Positions 8,326 to 14,894 of a stretch of 35,993 nt of DNA are shown here, in pieces. The DNA lies in the IMG/VR virus record IMGVR_UViG_3300031452_000013, positions 1 through 35,993 of that record; one strand, given 5' to 3'. A model generated the notes under the pieces. It was not told the origin of the DNA and searched no databases. It saw nothing but the letters and a program-made list of their open reading frames with translations. Positions within the stretch are counted from its first letter, which is position 1. Each line of letters opens with the position of its first letter. A program made the position numbers and the translations under genes. Origin of the DNA: a virus. Lineage: Duplodnaviria; Caudoviricetes.

Positions 8326-9087
8326 ATGGCCTGGTTCAAGGTGGACGACAACCTCCACTCGCACGAGAAGGCGCGTAAGGCTGGACTTGCCGCGATGGGC
8401 CTTTGGGCTGTGTCTGGCTCACATTCTGGTGCGTATTTGGCCGAAGGTTTGGTGCCTCGGTGGTACGTCGCCGGGTGGCCGTCTGGCATCAAATTGGCAG
8501 CGAAACTGGTTGCCGCTGGCCTGTGGATAGAGGACGGCGACGGGTGGCGCTTCCACCAATGGGACGAGAGAAACCCCAGTAAGCAACAGGTGGAGGCCGA
8601 CCGCATGGCCGCACGTGAGCGACAGAAGCGAGCCCGTGACAGTAAGCGTGAGTCACGGCGTGACAGCGACGTGACTAACGGCGTGAGCGACGCTGTGACT
8701 TCGGCTGCCCCGACCCGACCCGACCCGATCCTTAGTGATAGTTCCCTTGGGGGGGAATCTCTAGACAGCAGCAGCCCGAGCCAAAACCCCCCACCCCCAG
8801 AAATCGATTCAAGCAACCCGCGATGCACCGACCACCGGCACATCGGCCCAGCCGAGCGCGGCCCGAGCTGTGCCGCCTGTGGCCGGGTCCGCCAGCTCGC
8901 CGAACGCCAAGCCGTCGACGCCAAGCAGGGCCGAGCCGACGCGGCCCGAAGACGCCAGTCCGCGATCGACGCGTGCCCCTGGTGCGACATCGCCGGCTGG
9001 CTGCCTGAGCAAACCAAACGCGGCGTCGTGCGGTGTGACCACGTCCACGACCCTGCCCAGCAACTCGCCGAGGCGGTGGCATCGTGA
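8326..9087 (+). CDS. Putative phage replication initiator
   Basis: MAWFKVDD.LHSH.K...GLAAMGLW N-terminus, FHQW...NPS, RERQKRAR, PTRPDP linker, C-terminal Cys/His clusters; contains an iteron-like array. Confidence 0.75.
   Translation: MAWFKVDDNLHSHEKARKAGLAAMGLWAVSGSHSGAYLAEGLVPRWYVAGWPSGIKLAAKLVAAGLWIEDGDGWRFHQWDERNPSKQQVEADRMAARERQKRARDSKRESRRDSDVTNGVSDAVTSAAPTRPDPILSDSSLGGESLDSSSPSQNPPPPEIDSSNPRCTDHRHIGPAERGPSCAACGRVRQLAERQAVDAKQGRADAARRRQSAIDACPWCDIAGWLPEQTKRGVVRCDHVHDPAQQLAEAVAS
8635..8730. repeat. Iteron-like array (six YGTGAS at 11-12 bp period) plus CCCGA tandem repeat; putative phage origin
   Basis: CGTGAC/CGTGAG/TGTGAC at 8635, 8647, 8659, 8670, 8682, 8694; (CCCGA)n at about 8708-8728. 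Confidence 0.6.
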
Positions 9088-9257
9088 GTAGCCTGCAGCT
9101 CGAAATGGACCGGGCTAGAGCTCTGCGCGTCCTGTGCCCCTACTGCCACGCCGCCCCCGACGACGCCTGCCGTGATCCACGTACCGGCAAGGCGATCCAA
9201 CACCAAGCTGCGCACCTGCAGCGCATCCGCACCGCCGATGCCAAGGCCGACCAGTGA
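9084..9257 (+). CDS. Small Zn-finger protein (57 aa)
   Basis: MSSLQLEMDRARALRVLCPYCHAAPDDACR...AHLQR; GTGA overlaps at both ends. Confidence 0.75.
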   Translation: MSSLQLEMDRARALRVLCPYCHAAPDDACRDPRTGKAIQHQAAHLQRIRTADAKADQ

Positions 9258-9799
9258 GCCCCGTCGTCATCGGCCTCGACCCGTCGATGACCGCCGCGGG
9301 TATCGCCGTCATCGCCCAGCACGCCGCACCCACCGTGCGCACCATCGGCAGTAAAGGCCACCGCGCCGACGTCATCGCTCTGCGCTCCACCCGCATCGTC
9401 AAACAGGCCGCCGCGGTGCTCGCCTGCGTCGACCCGGCCAGCACACTCGTGGTCATCGAGGGCCCGGCCCTGGGCCTCAACTCCCCCGGCGTCTGGGACC
9501 GGGCCGGGCTGTGGTGGGGCATCGTCGCCGGCTGCCGCTCCCGCGGCGTGCCCGTCGCGGTGTGCGCCCCGCAGACCCGCGCCAAGTGGGCCACCGGATC
9601 CGGCCGCGCCGACAAGACACAGGTGCTCGCCGCCATGCACGCGCTGTGGCCCGAGGTGACCATTCGCGACGACAACCAAGCCGACGCGCTGGCCTTCGCC
9701 ACAATGGGAGGACAGATGCTCGGCTGGGACGTGCCCGAGCTCGTCCACCACCGTGCATGCCTGGCCGCGGTCGCGTGGCCACAGGAGGTCTCCGCGTGA
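9254..9799 (+). CDS. RuvC-like Holliday junction resolvase
   Basis: VIGLDPSMTAAG, LVVIEGP, KWATGSGRADK..V, DNQADA catalytic pattern. Confidence 0.88.
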   Translation: MSPVVIGLDPSMTAAGIAVIAQHAAPTVRTIGSKGHRADVIALRSTRIVKQAAAVLACVDPASTLVVIEGPALGLNSPGVWDRAGLWWGIVAGCRSRGVPVAVCAPQTRAKWATGSGRADKTQVLAAMHALWPEVTIRDDNQADALAFATMGGQMLGWDVPELVHHRACLAAVAWPQEVSA

Positions 9800-9963
9800 G
9801 GTTGGCGATCAGAATCCTCGGGACCGAGGTGTTCGCCGTAGACACCGACAAGCCCGACAAACCTCCAGTGCCAACCGACCGTGACCACCAGGGTGGCGTG
9901 TTCGGGTTCACAGCTCGTCATCAGCCGGTCGTACAGAGGGGGTCACGTCGGTGGGAGCCATGA
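9796..9963 (+). CDS. Small hypothetical protein
   Basis: AGGAGG RBS; MRLAIRILGTEVFAVDTD...FGF. Confidence 0.65.
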   Translation: MRLAIRILGTEVFAVDTDKPDKPPVPTDRDHQGGVFGFTARHQPVVQRGSRRWEP

Positions 9964-9990
9964 TTCACACCCTCTGCGAGGTCTCCACCG

Positions 9991-10968
9991 GTGGCTAAGC
10001 ACCTCAGCTACGACGCCGCGTGCGGCCACCCCAGCGGCGACAACCTGCCCCTTTGCACGTCATGCACCGCGACGCTCGTGAAGGAACTGCGCGCCGTGCC
10101 CGGTGTCGTCGCCGACCTGGCCGTCGCCACCGCCCGCCTCGACCGGATGAGCTCCGGGCGCAACGGCGGCCGCAGTAGCGAGGCGCCCTTGCCGATGCGC
10201 ACCGACATCACCCGCCGCCTCGATGCGCTCGGCAACACCCTCACCACCTGGGCCCGCGTGGTCGCCGAGCACGAGCACATCGCCATCGTCGTCAGCGTGC
10301 TGCAGCGCCTGGTCCTCGACGAGCGTGATGAGACGTACGAGCGCACCCGGCCTGACCGGATCTCGCACGGCAAGATCATCACCGGCGAAACCGTCACCGT
10401 GCTGCGCCACCCCGCTGAGCTGTCCCTGCTGCCCGTCACCAGCGCCGAGGTGTGCGCCCTGTGGCTCTCCCGCCAACCTCAAGCCCTGCGGTCGCTACCG
10501 GCCGCCGTCGAGGCATACGACACCATCACCGACGTGATCGCCTCCGCGCGCATGGCCGTCGACCGCCGCGACCTCGTCTACGCCGGGCCCTGCAAGGCCT
10601 GCGGGCACGACCTGTACATCGACCGCGGAGTGGACACCCTGCGGTGCTCGTACTGCTCCGCACAGTACGACGCGAGAGATGTGAGCAGGTTGCTGCTGGA
10701 GCAGGTCAGCGAGACGCTGGTGACGCGGGAGGAGGCGCTCGGCGCCGTGCACAGCTACCGAGGCCGCCGCATCCCTGAGACCACCTGGTATCGGTGGCGG
10801 CGCAGCGGCAAGCTGATGCCGCGGGCGTGGCAGCACGGCGACCAGATCACCGACCATTGGATCCACCAAAATGATCCGCCCCTGTTCCGTCTCGGCGACG
10901 TGCTCGCGCTGCAGCGGATCACCCCAGACGAACCACGGCGCAAGATCCGCCGACACTCACACGCTTGA
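9991..10968 (+). CDS. Conserved actinophage Zn-finger/HTH protein; putative late transcription regulator
   Basis: LC..C...L...L..VP....DL N-terminus, YAGPC..CG.DLY...C..C, C-terminal HTH-like segment (TWYRWRRSGKL...FRLGDVL); last gene of the early operon, followed by a promoter. Confidence 0.6.
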   Translation: MAKHLSYDAACGHPSGDNLPLCTSCTATLVKELRAVPGVVADLAVATARLDRMSSGRNGGRSSEAPLPMRTDITRRLDALGNTLTTWARVVAEHEHIAIVVSVLQRLVLDERDETYERTRPDRISHGKIITGETVTVLRHPAELSLLPVTSAEVCALWLSRQPQALRSLPAAVEAYDTITDVIASARMAVDRRDLVYAGPCKACGHDLYIDRGVDTLRCSYCSAQYDARDVSRLLLEQVSETLVTREEALGAVHSYRGRRIPETTWYRWRRSGKLMPRAWQHGDQITDHWIHQNDPPLFRLGDVLALQRITPDEPRRKIRRHSHA

Positions 10969-10994
10969 CATGTGCATTTGCACAGTGGCAGTCT
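10965..10994 (+). promoter_or_regulatory. Putative late promoter with a palindrome in the spacer
   Basis: TTGACA 10965-70, 18 bp spacer, extended -10-like TGgCAGTCT; spacer holds TGTGCA-TT-TGCACA. Confidence 0.55.
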
Positions 10995-11066
10995 TCAACT
11001 GTCAATCGGTTGAGGTGACGAACCTCCCTGTTGGCAAATCCCCACTCTCCTCATCGAGGTCGTTCC

Positions 11067-11300
11067 ATGGACGCTGCCGATGCGCTTGCCCAAGCCCTGA
11101 TGCTCCGCCCGGGCGACTCCTACGCGATTGTTGTGATCGCCGACCTCGCCGCGGCCGGGTATGTCCTGGTGCACCTGCCGACCACGGAAGAAGCCGAGAT
11201 GGCCATCTGTCACCAGCAGTGGCACGCAGAGCGGCGGCACCGCGAGTGGTTCGACGCACAGGCCGTCCTCGACCTGATCCGAGGTGAGAAGCATGCGTAA
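11067..11300 (+). CDS. Hypothetical protein
   Basis: GAGG RBS, ATG at 11067. Confidence 0.65.
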   Translation: MDAADALAQALMLRPGDSYAIVVIADLAAAGYVLVHLPTTEEAEMAICHQQWHAERRHREWFDAQAVLDLIRGEKHA

Positions 11301-11333
11301 CTGGGAAATGTAGGCGAGCGGATGGAGTATCCC

Positions 11334-11483
11334 ATGACGCATGACCTGGTTACCGCTCTCCGCTGGGGTGTGATCGGCTCTGTGATGGTTGTTGCGGCGG
11401 GGGTGACGGCGATGATCGTGGTCGCTGAGCGGTCTACCATTATCGGCTGGCGCCACGACCCGTGCGAGTACCTGGGCGACTGA
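11334..11483 (+). CDS. Small TM protein (49 aa)
   Basis: GGAG RBS; MTHDLVTALRWGVIGSVMVVAAGVTAMIVVAERS... Confidence 0.55.
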   Translation: MTHDLVTALRWGVIGSVMVVAAGVTAMIVVAERSTIIGWRHDPCEYLGD

Positions 11484-11488
11484 TCGTG

Positions 11489-11695
11489 ATGGCCGTGTCG
11501 AGCAAGTTCCATGGGCATTGCATCGCTTGGGCCATGACCAACTGCCGGTGTTCACGGATCGAAGCCACCGCGTTCGCGGAGTGGGCAATGTTGCAAGCCG
11601 CTAACGGTCGGATCACCCCACGCACCGAGTTCCTGGCGGCGTGGGCCGGTTGGCGTGAGTGGTGCACCGAGCTGCACAAGATGGTGACGGCATGA
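11489..11695 (+). CDS. Hypothetical protein
   Basis: ORF with HC...CRC; ATGA overlap with next gene. Confidence 0.55.
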   Translation: MAVSSKFHGHCIAWAMTNCRCSRIEATAFAEWAMLQAANGRITPRTEFLAAWAGWREWCTELHKMVTA

Positions 11696-11925
11696 GCATT
11701 CAGGTCGTGGCCGGTGTGCAGTCCCGCGAGTCCCTCCTCGCCACCATCGACGAGAAGTTGGCGTGGACCCGGTACTCCCGTGAGGTGTCCCGCCAGGTCG
11801 CCGCCGAATCCCACGACGACGCACCCATCGCTGAGCGGATGGCGTTGACCAGGGTGCAGGTGATGACGGACAGCATCAACTTCCTGCTCGAACGACGGTT
11901 CCGCGTTAGCAAGGGGGCACTGTGA
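11692..11925 (+). CDS. Hypothetical protein
   Basis: Coupled at both ends; MSIQVVAGVQSRESLL... Confidence 0.7.
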   Translation: MSIQVVAGVQSRESLLATIDEKLAWTRYSREVSRQVAAESHDDAPIAERMALTRVQVMTDSINFLLERRFRVSKGAL

Positions 11926-12491
11926 TGGACCTCGACGACCACTGGGCCACCGTCACCGACTGGCGTGAGCACCGAGCAACAGAACTGCCCGACTGGGCGA
12001 TCGCGATCATTTTCATATTGGAGGCAATCATGTCAGAGCAGGACCAGATCAACGCCGACTCCTCAGCCATCAACGACGGGCTGTCGGCCATCGAGGCGGA
12101 AGTGGCCGCACTGAAAGCGCAGCCCGCCGCCGCGCAACTCGACATGTCCAAGCTCGATGCCGTGGTGGCTCGTGTTCGGGGTGACGTACCCGTGCCCACC
12201 ACACCCGTCAAGGAGCCTGCTGCACCGCCTGCACCGGCACAGCAGCCTGCCGGCACTCCCGCGCAGCCAGCACAGGCACCAGCGGCCACACCGGCACAAC
12301 CTGCAGCTGCAGCGACCACGCCAGTGGCCACCGACGTCAACGGCGCTCCGGTGCAACCACCGGCACCAGGCGAGGCCCCCGCACCGGTACACCAGCCGCC
12401 GGCCGTCAACGGTGGCATCGGTGGCGCAACCACCCCGCCGTCGCAGTCAGCACCGCCGCAGGTGCCATCAGCACCGCCTGCCACCCAGTAA
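11922..12491 (+). CDS. Coiled-coil protein with long Pro/Ala/Gln-rich tail; possible second start at 12030
   Basis: INADSSAINDGLSAIEAEVAALKAQ heptads; PAQQPA-type low complexity; GGAGG-caatc-ATG at 12030. Confidence 0.75.
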   Translation: MMDLDDHWATVTDWREHRATELPDWAIAIIFILEAIMSEQDQINADSSAINDGLSAIEAEVAALKAQPAAAQLDMSKLDAVVARVRGDVPVPTTPVKEPAAPPAPAQQPAGTPAQPAQAPAATPAQPAAAATTPVATDVNGAPVQPPAPGEAPAPVHQPPAVNGGIGGATTPPSQSAPPQVPSAPPATQ

Positions 12492-12506
12492 GGCGCTGGT
12501 CCCTCA

Positions 12507-12662
12507 GTGCGGCCGCTACCGGACGACTGGCCACCGCTGGACTACGAATCGGATAGCGACACTGGCTTCCACCTGCTCATGTTCCTAGCGGCGGTAATAG
12601 GAATCCTTACGGCGATGGTTGCGTTTGGGTACGTACTGATGAGCGTCGTGGGGGGTCTCTAA
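12507..12662 (+). CDS. Small TM protein
   Basis: MRPLPDDWPPLDY...LLMFLAAVIGILTAMVAFGYVLMSVVGGL; TAATG overlap with next gene; start uncertain (12507 or 12579). Confidence 0.55.
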   Translation: MRPLPDDWPPLDYESDSDTGFHLLMFLAAVIGILTAMVAFGYVLMSVVGGL

Positions 12663-12859
12663 TGCCTAGAGGCGGTGGCCACAAGGGGGTTGTGTTCTCC
12701 GCTGTGGCCCGCGAGCACATGTCCGCGGCACGGCGCGGCAAGCACCACGCGCACAAGGGTGCCCATGTTCATCACGTCAGCCACGGCGCCCATGTGCACC
12801 ACGCACCGCACCACCGCCGTGGCGGTAATCACGGCAACCACAGGCACAAGGGGCACTAG
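12662..12859 (+). CDS. His-rich basic peptide with NUMOD3-like motif
   Basis: 18 His in 65 aa; KGVVFSAVAREHMSAARRGK resembles NUMOD3; 1-nt overlaps at both ends (TAATG, TAGTG). Confidence 0.7.
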   Translation: MPRGGGHKGVVFSAVAREHMSAARRGKHHAHKGAHVHHVSHGAHVHHAPHHRRGGNHGNHRHKGH

Positions 12860-13272
12860 TGAGTGATCAGGTAATGATCGTGCTGAGCGTGATCATTAGC
12901 ATGCTCGCCACCGGCCTCGCCGTTCTCAACGTCTGGTACGTCCGTCGCTGGGCACGTGCCATGCGCAGGATCAGCGAGTCCCGCCACCGCGGCGGCTACA
13001 TCAGCCCAGAGACGCCGGTGTCATGCCTGCCGAAGGTTCCTGCCGGGCCAGCGCCCGGTGCATCCGCACCCCCACCGCCGATGCATGTAGACGTGAACCT
13101 CATCAGCAACGCCGAAGGCGACGAACGGGCAATCCAGCGCACGAGGGACAGAGCTGCTGCCGTCCGGCTGCATCAACCACCTAGGTGCCGGACCTGTAAC
13201 CACGAGCGTGTCGATGGCCCGCGCTGCGACTACTGCGGAACCGTGGCCAGGATCCACGCCGGGCAGCCATGA
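12859..13272 (+). CDS. Membrane-anchored protein with C-terminal Zn ribbon
   Basis: N-terminal TM helix; Pro-rich linker; CRTC...CDYCG. Confidence 0.7.
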   Translation: MSDQVMIVLSVIISMLATGLAVLNVWYVRRWARAMRRISESRHRGGYISPETPVSCLPKVPAGPAPGASAPPPPMHVDVNLISNAEGDERAIQRTRDRAAAVRLHQPPRCRTCNHERVDGPRCDYCGTVARIHAGQP

Positions 13273-13559
13273 GCAACGCCTACACCCGATTCAACGAGCG
13301 GGCCGCCGCGAAGATATCCGACGCGGTGGGCACAATGACCATGGCGTATTGCTTCGCCATCCTCGCGTTCGTCGGCGGATTCCCCGGCCTACTACCTGAC
13401 GCCGCACAGAAGTACGCACTGTGGGGATCGACGGTGTTCCTGCAGCTCGTGCTGCTGTCCATCCTCGGGGCCTCTACGAAACGCATGGCAGCGAAGACAC
13501 TCGTGGAGGTCGACGGGATCGCAGTGGGAAACGACGACGCCACGACCCCGGCGGACTGA
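13269..13559 (+). CDS. Two-TM membrane protein (DUF1003-like)
   Basis: FNERAAAKISDAVGTMTMAYCFAILA...W.S..FLQLVLLSIL. Confidence 0.65.
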   Translation: MSNAYTRFNERAAAKISDAVGTMTMAYCFAILAFVGGFPGLLPDAAQKYALWGSTVFLQLVLLSILGASTKRMAAKTLVEVDGIAVGNDDATTPAD

Positions 13560-13562
13560 GGC

Positions 13563-13703
13563 ATGAACACCGTCTTTGCCGTCTTGTTGGGGGTGTTCCT
13601 CGCTGTGCCAGCGGTCCTGTTCTGCACCACCAGGGGCATCATTCGTGCAGAGGAATGCTACAAACCCACCGACCTCAAATCTGACAACCACCCGGGGGGC
13701 TAG
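13563..13703 (+). CDS. Small TM protein (46 aa)
   Basis: MNTVFAVLLGVFLAVPAVLFCTTRGII... Confidence 0.5.
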   Translation: MNTVFAVLLGVFLAVPAVLFCTTRGIIRAEECYKPTDLKSDNHPGG

Positions 13704-13813
13704 CGGACTGAGCGGGCAACCACTCCGCCTGGAAGCCAGCCCGTGAGCCAGCCAACCCGAGAACCACCGAACCACCAAGGCCGAACCCTGAACCCACCAA
13801 GGCGGAAACCCCC

Positions 13814-14137
13814 ATGGCAGGCAGGCGCCGCACCACCTACACCCGCACCACCGCCGAGCGTGGCCTCGGCTCGGCACATCAGAAGCGGGTTGCCTACCTC
13901 AAAGACAGGCACCTACCAGGCACGCCATGCCGACGATGCGGCTACCCCATGTGGGACACGGCCACCCTCGACGGTGGGCACGCTGACGGCCACGAGCGGG
14001 CACGTGGTGGTGGTGCCCTGCCCGACGCACTGGAGCACCGGCACTGCAACCGCTCCGCTGGTGCCACCTACGGCCACTCACTCAGGGCAGCCAAGCGGCA
14101 GGTGGCGGCACCCCTGCCCACCAGCAGGCGGTGGTGA
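13814..14137 (+). CDS. Terminase-associated HNH endonuclease
   Basis: TTAERGLG..HQK.., CRRCG.PM...LDGGH...LEHRHCNRSAGA...SRRW; immediately upstream of the packaging region. Confidence 0.8.
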   Translation: MAGRRRTTYTRTTAERGLGSAHQKRVAYLKDRHLPGTPCRRCGYPMWDTATLDGGHADGHERARGGGALPDALEHRHCNRSAGATYGHSLRAAKRQVAAPLPTSRRW

Positions 14138-14166
14138 GCACGCGCTGTCGGGACAGCACGCGTTGT

Positions 14167-14284
14167 CAGGCAGGCAGGCAGGCAGGCAAGGCAAGGCAAG
14201 GCGACCAACCAGGCCAACCACCGGCACCCGCCACCCGGCACCCGCCAGCTCGCCGGGTACCCGCCAGACCGCCGGGTACCCGGC
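14167..14284. repeat. Tandem short repeats upstream of terminase
   Basis: (CAGG)5(CAAGG)3, then four CCGG(C/GT)ACCCG(C/G)CA-like units, the last a perfect palindrome GCCGGGTACCCGGC (14271-14284). Confidence 0.8.
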
Positions 14285-14294
14285 AACTTGACCG

Positions 14295-14475
14295 TCGCGT
14301 TTCATGCATAAATATCCAGAGCAACGGTCAGGCCGCTCAACTTCGCCATCGGTTTGGTTTTTGGAACGCGACGATGCTCTTGACCGCACGCAGCAGCCTC
14401 GTTTCTCTCCCCAGCACATTCCAAACCGGCCAAGACTGCCCTGGAACGCGCAGAACCGCAGGTCAGACCTGCATA
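14295..14475. other. Putative cos/packaging initiation region
   Basis: Likely non-coding gap between HNH and TerS with AT-rich ATGCATAAATAT, TTTTTGG and TTTCTCTCCCC tracts and inverted repeat GCAGGTC-A-GACCTGC (14458-14472). Confidence 0.5.
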
Positions 14476-14489
14476 AAACGGGGGTGGTT

Positions 14490-14894
14490 GTGCATACTTC
14501 CTCACCGCTGCTCAGACCGGCTCGTCTCAGCGCCCGCGGTAAGGCGTTGTGGACCGAGCTGTCGGAGCACCGCACCTTCGATCCCGCCACTGCGGTGCTT
14601 GTCGCCGAGGCGTGCCGGATCGTGGACCGGCCGGAGAAACTCGACGGGATTCTGCGCAGCCGGCGCACCGAGTGGGTGAAGTTGGCCGAGCAGATCGAGG
14701 GCCAGGACGTGTCGATCGTGATGGACGGCGCGCTGTCGGAGTCTCGGCAGCAGGCGCTGGCGCTGCGCACCATCTTCGCCCACCTGGGCACCGCGAAATT
14801 GGGCTCGACCATCACAGCAGAGGGCGGAGGGACGTTCCTTGACAAGCTCGCTGCTCGCCAGGCCGACCGACAGCCGGACACCTCGGCTCGCTAG
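14490..14894 (+). CDS. terS: Terminase small subunit
   Basis: LSARGKALW...VLVAEACRIVDR..KLD..L...D.AL.E.RQQALALR...LDKLAAR; precedes TerL; start approximate. Confidence 0.8.
   Translation: MHTSSPLLRPARLSARGKALWTELSEHRTFDPATAVLVAEACRIVDRPEKLDGILRSRRTEWVKLAEQIEGQDVSIVMDGALSESRQQALALRTIFAHLGTAKLGSTITAEGGGTFLDKLAARQADRQPDTSAR

Noticed and set aside
269-9799. C-terminal AA/VA/SA endings of early proteins as ClpXP degradation tags
   Set aside because: Mostly explained by the next gene's RBS plus ATGA overlap (e.g. GAGGTGGCCGCATGA encodes EVAA)
10969-13813. tRNA genes in the late accessory region
   Set aside because: No cloverleaf with a T-loop GTTCRA and matching acceptor stem found by eye
14167-14284. 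CRISPR-like array
   Set aside because: Units are 4-15 bp, abutting, without unique spacers, and no cas genes are present
14304-14489. N-terminal extension of TerS as in the 196-aa ORF call
   Set aside because: Runs through the presumed packaging region with atypical composition; TerS-like sequence begins near 14490
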